Positions 1 through 8,499 of a stretch of 64,000 bases of DNA are shown piece after piece; positions within the stretch are counted from its first letter, which is position 1, and every line of letters starts with the position of its first letter. The notes under the pieces are model-generated. The model was not told where the DNA came from, ran no database searches, and saw nothing but the letters and a program-made list of their open reading frames with translations. Made by a program: the position numbers and the translations under genes. This DNA comes from Alphaproteobacteria bacterium (lineage in GTDB: Bacteria > Pseudomonadota > Alphaproteobacteria > CADEGL01): positions 17,879-81,878 of the forward strand of contig JBFXED010000017.1 in NCBI GenBank assembly GCA_050180485.1, given 5' to 3'.

Positions 1-11
1 CCAGAAGAACG

Positions 12-929
12 TCATCGACCTGCTGCGCGACTGACTCCGCCCTCACCCACATGGGCGCGCACGGCGGACAGGAAATTCCGCAGCACGGGCGAATCGTTCT
101 GCTCGTGCCACACCACGGCCTGGTTCATGCGCGCGAGGCGGCTGTCCAGCGGCACAATGGCGATGCGCTGCGGCTTCGTGGGCACCGCGTTCACGCTGAT
201 CATCGAAACCCCCACCCCTTCCGCCACCAGATTCTCGACCATGACGGCGTCCAGCACCTCGTGCGCCACGTCGGGCACGAACCCGGCTTCGTCGAACAGA
301 CGCGCGACCTGCTGGTAGAAACCGGTCCAGCCGGCGACGGGCGTGAGCACGAACGGATCGGATTTGAGGTCGGCCAGACGAATTGTCCGGCGGCGCGCGA
401 AGCGATGATCGGGCGGCAACAGCGCCACGATGTGTGTCGCGGGCAGGCGCAGTTCGCGCAGCGCGGTCGGGTGGGCCAACAGCGGCGGGCTGAGGAACGC
501 CAGATCGATGGTGCGGTCGGCCACCATCGGCGACAGGTTTGCCGAAACGCCCAGGCGCGATTCGACCTTCACATTCGGGAACTGCCGGTGGAACGCGGCC
601 AAGAGACCCGGCAGGAAGCCGTGCGTGTAATCCACGCTGAAGCCGACCGAGAGATGGCCCGTGTCGCCCGCTTCCGCCAGGCGCGCGCGGGCTGCGGCCT
701 GTTCGGCATGGTGCAGCGCCAGCCGCGCCTCGACCAAGAATTGCCGCCCGGCGGGCGTCAGCTCCGCCCGGCGCTTGCTGCGCCGGATCAGGGTCATGCC
801 GACCTCGGCCTCCAGGTTCTGGATCTGCAGGGTCAATGACGGCTGCGACAAATTGAGGCGCCTTGCCGCGCGGCCGAAATGCAGTTCCTCGGCCATGACG
901 ACAAAATGCTTGATGCGGTCGAGCTTCAT
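12..929 (-). CDS. LysR-family transcriptional regulator
   Basis: 305-aa ORF. The N-terminal winged HTH (HFGRAARRLNLSQPSLTLQIQNLE) is typical of LysR-type regulators, followed by a substrate-binding-domain-like remainder. It is divergent from the Rieske oxygenase gene. Confidence 0.85.
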   Translation of the reverse strand: MKLDRIKHFVVMAEELHFGRAARRLNLSQPSLTLQIQNLEAEVGMTLIRRSKRRAELTPAGRQFLVEARLALHHAEQAAARARLAEAGDTGHLSVGFSVDYTHGFLPGLLAAFHRQFPNVKVESRLGVSANLSPMVADRTIDLAFLSPPLLAHPTALRELRLPATHIVALLPPDHRFARRRTIRLADLKSDPFVLTPVAGWTGFYQQVARLFDEAGFVPDVAHEVLDAVMVENLVAEGVGVSMISVNAVPTKPQRIAIVPLDSRLARMNQAVVWHEQNDSPVLRNFLSAVRAHVGEGGVSRAAGR

Positions 930-942
930 ACGCCGTCCATAA

Positions 943-970
943 ATAGCTGTTCTCTATTATTCTAATAGAA
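943..970. promoter_or_regulatory. Candidate LysR-type operator in the divergent intergenic region: ATAG-N7-CTAT (943-957, T-N11-A type) plus the perfect palindrome TTCTA-A-TAGAA (960-970)
   Basis: Read directly from the AT-rich 49-bp spacer between the LysR start (929) and the Rieske start (979). LysR regulators classically bind T-N11-A dyads between divergent genes. Confidence 0.4.
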
Positions 971-978
971 ACATTGAA

Positions 979-2244
979 ATGGACAATGACGGGGTTAAGG
1001 CCTTTAAAATCACCCCGAACCAGGCGCGGAGGACGCGCTTCCATGACGGGATGCACGCGATGACGACAAGTAAGACCTTGGCGGACTTCTTGGACGCCAG
1101 CGACATCGAGAAGCTGAACAAGCCGGTCGGCGAGGCCATCGGCCTGCCGGGCCGCGTGTTCGGCGCCGAGTTCTATGCACTGGAGCAGCGCGATTATTTC
1201 CCGCGCATCTGGAGCCCGGTCGGCTTCGCCTCGGACATCCCCGACGTGGGCGACGCCAAGCCGGTCGAGCTGGCCGGCTGGCCCATCCTTCTCGTCCGCG
1301 GCAAGGACAAAGAGGTGCGCGCGTTCTTGAACGTCTGCCGCCATCGCGCCATGCGGGTCGTCACCGAACCCTGCAAGGGTCGCTCGACCTTCATGTGCCC
1401 CTGGCACGCCTTCACCTACGACCTGGAAGGCAAGCTGGTCGCGACCCCCAAGATCGGCGGCGATCGCGCCAACCGCGACCCGTCCTTCAAGATGGAAGAG
1501 GTCGACCTGAAGCCGGTGCGCATCGGCCAATGGCTCGACATGATCTTCGTCAACATCGACGGCAAGGCGAAGCCGTTCGAGGAGCACATCCAGCCGCTGA
1601 ACGATCTGCTGGAACCCTTCTACGACCTGTCCACGCTGAAGCGCGCCGAAAGCTGGTCGACCGTGTACGAAGGCAATTGGAAGGTTGCGGTCGAGACGGT
1701 GCTGGACGAGTACCACATCCCCTTCGCGCACCCGCAACTCATCCAGGGCGTGAAGCATAACAACCACGAGAACGCGCACCATGACGGGCTCTTCGTCATG
1801 ACGTCCAACGCGCGCATCTACAGCGACACGCGCGATTCCGGCACGGCCATGGGCTATCACTTCAACTTCCCGCGCATCCTGAAGGAGAGTGCGCCCGAGC
1901 CGCGCAGCCACTTCATCACCATCCTGCCGATCGGCGCGATCCAGACGCGACCCAATCACGCCCTTCTCGGCTTGTTCCTGCCCGACGGGCCGGACAAGAC
2001 CAACATCGTCTTCGTCCACTACTACCCTGGCGAATCTGCGACGGATCCCGCCTTCAAGCAGGCGCGCGACGAGAACGTGGTGAGCTGGAAGGAAGTCTTC
2101 GCCCAGGACGTGCCCTTCGCCATCTACGTCCACAAGAACCACGAGATCCGCGACGCGGCGGGCATCGGCACCCGCATGGCGCCAGCCTGGGAGAAAGGTG
2201 TCGCGTCCTTCTACCGCTCAATGATCGAAGTGATGCAGCGCTAG
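979..2244 (+). CDS. Rieske [2Fe-2S] non-heme iron oxygenase, alpha (catalytic) subunit
   Basis: Rieske motif CRHR(x16)CPWH (CRHRAMRVVTEPCKGRSTFMCPWHAF). The 421-aa size fits ring-hydroxylating/demethylating oxygenase alpha subunits. The start is uncertain (ATG at 979, or internal Met near 1045/1054). No reductase or ferredoxin partner lies in the window. Confidence 0.8.
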   Translation: MDNDGVKAFKITPNQARRTRFHDGMHAMTTSKTLADFLDASDIEKLNKPVGEAIGLPGRVFGAEFYALEQRDYFPRIWSPVGFASDIPDVGDAKPVELAGWPILLVRGKDKEVRAFLNVCRHRAMRVVTEPCKGRSTFMCPWHAFTYDLEGKLVATPKIGGDRANRDPSFKMEEVDLKPVRIGQWLDMIFVNIDGKAKPFEEHIQPLNDLLEPFYDLSTLKRAESWSTVYEGNWKVAVETVLDEYHIPFAHPQLIQGVKHNNHENAHHDGLFVMTSNARIYSDTRDSGTAMGYHFNFPRILKESAPEPRSHFITILPIGAIQTRPNHALLGLFLPDGPDKTNIVFVHYYPGESATDPAFKQARDENVVSWKEVFAQDVPFAIYVHKNHEIRDAAGIGTRMAPAWEKGVASFYRSMIEVMQR

Positions 2245-2316
2245 ACCATCCCGCGCTTCCCTTTCCATCCCTGGGCTGGCACGGTAGCGGCCCCAAGCGT
2301 TGAGACGGGAAGCGAC

Positions 2317-2805
2317 GTGAAGAGCAGGATTCTGACGGTGCTGGCGATGGCCGCCGCCCTGGCCGCGTGCGGCGACAAGAAACCGTATGTGCCGCAAGTC
2401 GACATGACCGGCCACACCAAAGGCCAGTACGACTACGACCTCCTCACCTGTCAGGAAAACGCGCGCCAGCAGGACATCGCACCGGGTGTGGTCCTCGGTG
2501 CGACAGTCGGCGTAGCGGCCGGAGCCATCGGCGGCAACGCCGCCTTGGGCGCCATGGCCGGTGTCGCCGCCGGCGGCGCGGGCACGTCGGCCTATGACGA
2601 CATCGCCACCTCCAAGGGCAGCAATCGCATGGTCATCCGCATCCGAGAATGCATGGCCGCCAAGGGCTACACGCTGACCGGTATCGACGCCCAGAATTCG
2701 GACGACCCAGGCCCGCCGAAGGATTACAAGGCCGAGCCGGTCGATAACGTCGCGCCGCCCCCACCGGGCTCCGAACCTGCCCGGCCGCCCGCCATTTCGC
2801 AGTAA
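2317..2805 (+). CDS. Glycine-zipper (17-kDa-antigen-like) lipoprotein
   Basis: GTG start with RBS GGGAAG. Signal peptide plus lipobox (LAACG). Gly/Ala zipper GATVGVAAGAIGGNAALGAMAGVAAGGAG. Pro-rich C-terminal tail. Confidence 0.6.
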   Translation: MKSRILTVLAMAAALAACGDKKPYVPQVDMTGHTKGQYDYDLLTCQENARQQDIAPGVVLGATVGVAAGAIGGNAALGAMAGVAAGGAGTSAYDDIATSKGSNRMVIRIRECMAAKGYTLTGIDAQNSDDPGPPKDYKAEPVDNVAPPPPGSEPARPPAISQ

Positions 2806-2875
2806 CGTCGCCGCGATTGACGCCGGCCCGCACGCGGCCGACACTTTCCACGGGCATCGTCACGGGGAGAGTGTC

Positions 2876-3127
2876 ATGGACTTTCTGGCGTGGATCGTGC
2901 TGGGGCTGATTGCGGGCGCGATCGCCAAATGGGTCCTGCCGGGCAACGACCCCGGCGGCTTCATCGTCACCATCGTCATCGGCATCGTCGGCGCCGTGAT
3001 CGGCGGCTTCATCGGTACGGCGCTGGGCTTCGGCGCGGTCGACGGGCTGAACCTCGGCAGCATCGCCATCGCGGTGCTGGGCTCGATCGTCCTGCTGATG
3101 ATCTTCCGGGCGATCAGAAGCCGGTAA
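2876..3127 (+). CDS. GlsB/YeaQ/YmgE-family stress-response membrane protein
   Basis: 83-aa ORF with two glycine-rich TM segments (MDFLAWIVLGLIAGAIAKWVLPG...), characteristic of the transglycosylase-associated (YeaQ) family. RBS GGGGAGAG. Confidence 0.8.
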   Translation: MDFLAWIVLGLIAGAIAKWVLPGNDPGGFIVTIVIGIVGAVIGGFIGTALGFGAVDGLNLGSIAIAVLGSIVLLMIFRAIRSR

Positions 3128-3182
3128 CTCTACCGGCAATACGCTTGAACTCCGTCATACGTCACGCGCAAGGAGGGTTTAC

Positions 3183-4109
3183 ATGCCATCCGGACAAGCG
3201 TTCCTCGATCAATTGTCACGCGCAATCTGGTTCGACAACACGCGGGGGCGCCCATTCGTGGTGAACCTGCCGCTGCTGCGGCAGCTGATCGCCGCCGAGC
3301 AGAAAGCACTCGCCGGGACAGGACAGAAAACGCGCACCGACACTGGACAGATGAAGCCCGTGCCGTTCGGCGGCGCCGGTCCGACACCGACTGTCCCTGC
3401 CATCGTCATGATCGGCGCGGACGGCCCGGCGACCGGCGGCGACGGCGAGGACGTCTTCCTCGACCAGAAGAACACGAACGGTCACATCTTGATCGCGGCC
3501 GGCGGCAACGCCACGCGCGCAGTCTCGGTACCAACCCGCGGCGGCGACGGCGCATGCCTAGGGGGCTCAGAAGGGCTGACGGTTGGCCTCGGCGGGCACG
3601 GTGCGATCACACTCAATCCGCCCACCATGCCCTACGGCGCCAACGGAACCGACGGCGGACGCGGCGGTCACGGCGCTGCCGGCGTGAAGGGCCAGGGCTG
3701 CGTGATCGTGGGCGAAGGCGGCAACGGCGGCCGGGGCAGCCCCGGGCAGGTCGCGTTACCCGCAAGTCCCGGCTGGCCGCCGGGCGGAATCGGGGGATTC
3801 TTCTTGATCCAGCCACGGCCGCCCGGCACGCCCGGAACCGATGGGGACGACGGCGATGGCGGTGTGGGTTGGGCCATCGGCGAGGATCACGCAGACTACA
3901 CGGCCGTCGGCGGACGTGCCTGGCGGCCTCCGGTGCCCACGTGGAACCTGCCCGGCATTCCGCCGGCACCGCTTACTCTCTGGGGTCCTGTGACCAACCC
4001 CGGCGCATACGGGCAGCACGGGCGTGCCCTGGTCATTCATGGCACGGTCGACGTGACGATCGACTGCCGCAACGGCGACGGAACCGCCGGGACGGAGATG
4101 ACGCGCTAG
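3183..4109 (+). CDS. Glycine-rich protein A (unknown function; paralog of 4271..5161)
   Basis: 308-aa ORF with a strong RBS (AAGGAGGG). The N-terminus MPSGQAFLDQL...RPFVVNLPLL and C-terminus ...VTIDCRNGDGTAGTEMTR are conserved with the downstream paralog. The interior has Gly-rich GGxGG/GxDG repeats, including one GGDGEDVFL nonapeptide. No signal peptide. Confidence 0.6.
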   Translation: MPSGQAFLDQLSRAIWFDNTRGRPFVVNLPLLRQLIAAEQKALAGTGQKTRTDTGQMKPVPFGGAGPTPTVPAIVMIGADGPATGGDGEDVFLDQKNTNGHILIAAGGNATRAVSVPTRGGDGACLGGSEGLTVGLGGHGAITLNPPTMPYGANGTDGGRGGHGAAGVKGQGCVIVGEGGNGGRGSPGQVALPASPGWPPGGIGGFFLIQPRPPGTPGTDGDDGDGGVGWAIGEDHADYTAVGGRAWRPPVPTWNLPGIPPAPLTLWGPVTNPGAYGQHGRALVIHGTVDVTIDCRNGDGTAGTEMTR

Positions 4110-4121
4110 ATTTTGGAAAAG

Positions 4122-4199
4122 TGGGGTGTCCAATCGGATTTGAACCGACGACCTTCCGGACCACAACCGGACGCTCTAACCAACTGAGCTATGGACACC
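4122..4199 (-). tRNA. tRNA-His: tRNA-His (anticodon GTG), CCA encoded, no encoded G-1
   Basis: Reverse complement reads GGTGTCCATAGCTCAGTTGGTTAGAGCGTCCGGTTGTGGTCCGGAAGGTCGTCGGTTCAAATCCGATTGGACACCCCA. The cloverleaf has a 7-bp acceptor stem, a D-arm (AGCTC...GAGC), an anticodon stem TCCGG/CCGGA with loop TTGTGGT (anticodon GTG), and a T-loop GGTTCAAATCC. Position -1 is C on the gene strand. Confidence 0.85.
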
Positions 4200-4270
4200 G
4201 TCCAAGGCGCTATTTAGAGGCTGCGGCCGCCTGGCGCAAGCCGTAGGCCCGGTTGTTCAGGGGGATATGC

Positions 4271-5161
4271 ATGCCGGCCGGCCAAGCATTCATCGACCTT
4301 CTGGCCAACACGGCCATCACTTTCGATCCCAACCTGGCACGCCCCTTTGTGGTCGACCGCGTCGCTTTGCGCAGGATCGCACGAACCGAGCAAGCTGCCC
4401 TGGCGGCGGCTTCCCAGCTCAACCGTCGCGACGAAGGGATCATGAAGTTGAAGCCGATCGGCGGCGGCCCTATTCAACCGGTGCCGACCATCGTCGTACT
4501 GGGCGCTGACGGCCCCGCGGCCGGTGGCGATGGAATCGCGGTCAGTCTGGTCGAACCCGCCTTGCATGGCCGCATCCTGATCGTCATCGGCGGCAGCGGC
4601 GTACCCGCCAATCCCGGCCCGACCAGGGGCGGCGGCGCGATCTGCTTCGGTGGCGGCGGTGACGGTCTCGTCGTCGCATTGTCGGGGCATGGCGGCGACG
4701 GTGGCGCGCCGATTGGTGTGGGCGGCAACGGATGCGATGGTGGACGCGCCGGGGAAGCCGTGGCGGTCGCCTTCTCGCCTGGCGCGGTGGTGGTAGCCGA
4801 AGGCGGCAACGGCGGCGCCTCCAGCATGGGCGCACCAGGCGCGCCCGGTTGGGGCTGGATTCCCGGCCCGGTTCCCATCTTCGGTGGGCGTTGGATCGTG
4901 GCGCCCATCCCGGCAGGTACCGACGGGTTGTTCGAAGGCGCGGGCGGCAACGCCACGGCGGTCGGCAGCAACAGCACGACGTATGAGTGCCACGGCGGCC
5001 AAGCCACCACACCAGCGCCGGCCTTCGGCGGGCTGACCGGCGTACCGGGGCCGCCCGCCATATCTTTCCCCGGCCACGCCACTGTGGTTTACGAGCCGCC
5101 CGGCAGCACCGTGACGTGCCTCAACGGTGATGGATCGGCCGGAACGCTTAAGACGCGCTGA
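4271..5161 (+). CDS. Glycine-rich protein B (unknown function; paralog of 3183..4109)
   Basis: ATG at 4271 preceded by AGGGGGA. The N-terminus MPAGQAFIDLL...RPFVVDRVAL and C-terminus ...TVTCLNGDGSAGTLKTR match protein A. The Gly-rich interior shares blocks with A (KPxxxGGxxPxPxIVxxGADGPAxGGDG ... ILIxxGG ... GGNGG). Confidence 0.6.
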   Translation: MPAGQAFIDLLANTAITFDPNLARPFVVDRVALRRIARTEQAALAAASQLNRRDEGIMKLKPIGGGPIQPVPTIVVLGADGPAAGGDGIAVSLVEPALHGRILIVIGGSGVPANPGPTRGGGAICFGGGGDGLVVALSGHGGDGGAPIGVGGNGCDGGRAGEAVAVAFSPGAVVVAEGGNGGASSMGAPGAPGWGWIPGPVPIFGGRWIVAPIPAGTDGLFEGAGGNATAVGSNSTTYECHGGQATTPAPAFGGLTGVPGPPAISFPGHATVVYEPPGSTVTCLNGDGSAGTLKTR

Positions 5162-5164
5162 ATC

Positions 5165-6328
5165 TCAACCCGTGCCGAAATGCTTGGCCAGGCGGCGGCT
5201 GGCTTCGTCCAGCACGGCGTCCTGCTTGCAGAAGGCGAAGCGGATCAGCGTGCGCGGCACTTCGCCCTCGTAGAGCACCGACAGCGGAATGGTGGCCACG
5301 CGCGCCTCGGCCACCAGGCGCTTGGAGAACTCCACATCATCGCCGTTGAAGCCCAGCTTCTTGATGTCGACCGTGATGAAATAGGTGCCGTGGCAGGGCA
5401 GCACGTCGAGGCCCGCGCGAGACAGGCCCGCGGCCAGGCGGTCGCGCTTGCCCTGAAGCTCGGACGCCAGGCTCGCGAAATAGGCGTCGTCCTTGCCCAA
5501 GCCGTAGGCCACCGCCTTCTGCGTCGCGGGTGCCACGCTGAAGATCACGGCCTGGTGCGCGCGGAAGATGGGCTGCCACAGATTGGGCGGTGCCGTGACG
5601 TAGCCGATCTTCCAGCCGGTCAGCGAGAACGTCTTGCCGGCCGAGCCGATGCGCGCGCAACGGTCGCGCATGCCGGGCAAGGTCATCAGCGGAATATGCT
5701 TCAGCCCATCGAAGACCAAATGCTCGTACACTTCGTCGCACACGGCATAGGTGTCGAACTCCAGCATCAGATCGGCGATGTATTGCAGCTCGTCGCGGCT
5801 GAACACCTTGCCGGTCGGATTCATCGGGCTGTTGACGACGATCAGCTTGGTCTTGGGCGAGAAGGCGCGGCGCAACTCCTCGCGCGGCAGCTTCCAATCG
5901 GGCGGCTGCAGCCGCACCAGCTTCGGGATCGCACCCGCGCGGCGCACCATGGGCAGATACGTGTCGAAGGTGGGCTCGAACAGAACCACCTCGTCGCCCG
6001 GTTCGATCAGGCCGAGGAAGCAAGAGGCCAGCGCGTGCGTGGCGCCGGACGTGACCACCACTTCCTTCTGCCAGTCGATATCGAGTCCGTAGAACCGCTT
6101 GCCGTGCGTGGCCACCGCCTGGCGCAGCTCGGGCAGGCCCGGCGACGGCGGATATTGGTTCGGCCCGTTCTCGGTCGCCTCGACGGCGACGCGGCGCACA
6201 TCGTCGGGTCCGTTCGTGTCCGGGAACCCCTGCCCTAGATTGACGGCGTCGTGCTCGCGCGCAAGGCGCGACATCACTTCGAACACCGAGGTTTCGTAAG
6301 CGGACAGGACGGAATTGGCGGGCTTCAC
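5165..6328 (-). CDS. PLP-dependent aminotransferase, class I/II (kynurenine/methionine aminotransferase-like)
   Basis: 387 aa with fold-type-I aminotransferase architecture. NLGQGFPD near the N-terminus and a SAGKTFSLTGWKIGY block with the Schiff-base Lys. Its stop is 3 nt from the stop of 4271..5161 (convergent). Confidence 0.85.
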   Translation of the reverse strand: MKPANSVLSAYETSVFEVMSRLAREHDAVNLGQGFPDTNGPDDVRRVAVEATENGPNQYPPSPGLPELRQAVATHGKRFYGLDIDWQKEVVVTSGATHALASCFLGLIEPGDEVVLFEPTFDTYLPMVRRAGAIPKLVRLQPPDWKLPREELRRAFSPKTKLIVVNSPMNPTGKVFSRDELQYIADLMLEFDTYAVCDEVYEHLVFDGLKHIPLMTLPGMRDRCARIGSAGKTFSLTGWKIGYVTAPPNLWQPIFRAHQAVIFSVAPATQKAVAYGLGKDDAYFASLASELQGKRDRLAAGLSRAGLDVLPCHGTYFITVDIKKLGFNGDDVEFSKRLVAEARVATIPLSVLYEGEVPRTLIRFAFCKQDAVLDEASRRLAKHFGTG

Positions 6329-6401
6329 GCGAGCTCTCCCCGGGGCGGCGAACGGTGGGCGCTTTTACACCAAAGCGCCGCCGCGCCCAATAATTCGGCT
6401 A

Positions 6402-6420
6402 ATGCCTAATATTTAGGCAT
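6402..6420. promoter_or_regulatory. 19-bp perfect palindrome ATGCCTAA-TAT-TTAGGCAT in the aminotransferase/glnB intergenic region
   Basis: Read directly from sequence. 8-bp arms with a 3-nt spacer, in an AT-rich patch about 75 bp from the divergent aminotransferase start and about 160 bp upstream of glnB. Confidence 0.3.
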
Positions 6421-6491
6421 GACTCCCGCCACTTCGTTGCCCAGCCAATAAACAATTCGAGCCGAATCAAGGTTTTACGGAACACCCGCCG

Positions 6492-6509
6492 CTGGCACAG
6501 CGGGTGCAA
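6492..6509 (+). promoter_or_regulatory. Sigma54 (RpoN) -24/-12 promoter candidate upstream of glnB: cTGGCACagcggGTGCAat
   Basis: GG (6494-6495) and GC (6506-6507) are separated by 10 nt, matching TGGCAC-N5-TTGCA. It lies about 70 bp upstream of the glnB ATG. glnB of Azospirillum/Rhodospirillum is known to have an NtrC/sigma54-dependent promoter. Confidence 0.5.
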
Positions 6510-6512
6510 TAG

Positions 6513-6917
<405 letters not shown>

Positions 6918-6980
6918 AACGAGCAGACGGGCGGCGACGCCCGCGGACCACACTCCCACCCTATGGCACGAGGACAAGGC

Positions 6981-8387
6981 ATGTCTGTTGAAAAAGTCAT
7001 GAAGCTGATCAAGGACAACGAGGTCAAATACGTCGATCTCCGCTTCACCGATTCCCGCGGCAAGTGGCATCACGTGGCGCAGGAAATCGGCACGATGGAC
7101 GAGGCGGCGTTCGCCGACGGCATCATGTTCGACGGCTCCTCCATCGCCGGGTGGAAGGGTATCAACGAGTCCGACATGATCCTGATGCCGGACACGGCGA
7201 CCGCCGTGATGGACCCGTTCTCGGCCCAGCCCAGCCTGATCATCGTCTGCGACGTGATCGAGCCCTCGACCGGCCAGGGCTATAGCCGCGACCCGCGCTC
7301 GGTCGCCAAGCGCGCCGAGGCGTATCTCAAATCCAGCGGCATCGGCGACACGGCCTATATCGGCCCCGAGGCCGAGTTCTTCGTCTTCGACGACGTGCGC
7401 TACGAGGTCGGCATGAACACCGGCTTCTACAAGCTCGACTCCGAGGAAGGCCCATGGGGCACCGGCCGCGAGCTCGAGATGGGCAACCGGGGCCACCGCC
7501 CGCCGGTCAAGGGCGGCTACTTCCCCGTTCCGCCGCTCGACAGCGGTTCGGACCTGCGCGCCGAGATGCTGTCCTTCATCAAGGAAATGGGCGTCACGGT
7601 CGAAAAACATCACCACGAAGTCGCGCCCGCGCAACACGAGCTGGGCATCAAGTTCGACACGCTGGTGAAATGCGCCGACGCGATGCAGATCTACAAGTAT
7701 TGCGTCCACATGGTTGCCGACAATTACGGCAAGTCGGCCACCTTCATGCCGAAGCCCATCAAGGGCGACAACGGCTCGGGCATGCACGTGCACCAGTCGA
7801 TCTGGAAGGGTGGCAAGCCCCTGTTCGCGGGCTCGGGCTATGCCGACCTGTCGGACACGGCGCTCTACTATATCGGCGGCATCATCAAGCACGCCAAGGC
7901 GCTGAACGCCTTCACCAACCCGCTGACCAACAGCTACAAGCGCCTGATCCCGGGCTTCGAGGCCCCCGTCCTCCTGGCCTATTCGGCGCGCAACCGCTCG
8001 GCCTCGTGCCGCATCCCCTACGTCGCGAGCCCCAACGGCAAGCGCGTCGAGGTGCGCTTCCCGGATCCGGGCGCCAATCCGTACCTGGCCTACGCCGCCA
8101 TGCTGATGGCCGGCCTCGACGGCATCGAGAACCGCATCCATCCGGGCGACCCGATGGACAAGAACCTCTACGACCTGCCGCCGGAGGAGTTGAAGAACGT
8201 TCCGACCGTCTGCGGCTCGCTACGCGAGGCCATCCAGAACCTCGACGGCGACCGTGCCTTCCTCAAGAAGGGCGACGTGTTCTCCGACGATCTGATCGAC
8301 GCCTATCTGGAGCTGAAGTGGGAAGAGGTGTACGCGTTCGAGCACACCCCGCACCCGATCGAGTTCCAGATGTACTACTCGGTCTGA
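6981..8387 (+). CDS. glnA: Glutamine synthetase type I
   Basis: 469 aa with GSI signatures ([31 protein letters not shown]) and the adenylylation-site Tyr region (NLYDLPPEE). RBS GAGGA. Confidence 0.95.
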   Translation: MSVEKVMKLIKDNEVKYVDLRFTDSRGKWHHVAQEIGTMDEAAFADGIMFDGSSIAGWKGINESDMILMPDTATAVMDPFSAQPSLIIVCDVIEPSTGQGYSRDPRSVAKRAEAYLKSSGIGDTAYIGPEAEFFVFDDVRYEVGMNTGFYKLDSEEGPWGTGRELEMGNRGHRPPVKGGYFPVPPLDSGSDLRAEMLSFIKEMGVTVEKHHHEVAPAQHELGIKFDTLVKCADAMQIYKYCVHMVADNYGKSATFMPKPIKGDNGSGMHVHQSIWKGGKPLFAGSGYADLSDTALYYIGGIIKHAKALNAFTNPLTNSYKRLIPGFEAPVLLAYSARNRSASCRIPYVASPNGKRVEVRFPDPGANPYLAYAAMLMAGLDGIENRIHPGDPMDKNLYDLPPEELKNVPTVCGSLREAIQNLDGDRAFLKKGDVFSDDLIDAYLELKWEEVYAFEHTPHPIEFQMYYSV

Positions 8388-8413
8388 TCGCGCGGTCGAC
8401 CGGATATCAAGGC

Positions 8414-8450
8414 GAAGGGCCGTTCCGCGAGGAACGGCCCTTCTTCTTTG
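8414..8450 (+). terminator. Rho-independent terminator after glnA
   Basis: GAAGGGCCGTTCC-GCGA-GGAACGGCCCTTC hairpin followed by TTCTTTG. Confidence 0.6.
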
Positions 8451-8499
8451 CATCGAGTTCGTGCATAAGAGGCAGATCGCATATTCAAGGAGAGACGCG

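Noticed and set aside
1-32. Partial plus-strand CDS ending at the TGA at 30-32 (...QKNVIDLLRD)
   Set aside because: Only 10 codons are visible before the window edge, which is too little to call a feature.
43-2142. 699-aa ORF on the minus strand spanning the LysR and Rieske genes
   Set aside because: It is antisense to two well-supported genes and translates to an Arg/Ala/Gly/Val-rich low-complexity sequence with no motifs. It is a typical long spurious frame in high-GC DNA.
979-2244. Complete Rieske oxygenase system
   Set aside because: Only the alpha subunit is present; no beta subunit, ferredoxin or reductase is encoded nearby, so I call only the catalytic subunit.
3183-5161. tRNA-His-linked genomic island or prophage remnant
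   Set aside because: There is no integrase, recombinase, phage or conjugation gene within the flanking region. I did not find a direct repeat of the tRNA 3' end, and the flanking genes (YeaQ, aminotransferase, glnBA) look chromosomal. The Gly-rich pair is kept as a finding, but not as a mobile element.
3183-5161. Gly-rich proteins as canonical RTX toxins or PE-PGRS proteins
   Set aside because: Only one clean GGxGxDxUx nonapeptide occurs. There are no tandem nonapeptide blocks, no T1SS genes nearby and no PE domain, so they are described only as Gly-rich proteins of unknown function.
6961-6980. TGGCAC motif just upstream of glnA as a second sigma54 promoter
   Set aside because: The GG-to-GC spacing is 12 nt, not 10, and the motif overlaps the glnA RBS (GAGGA).
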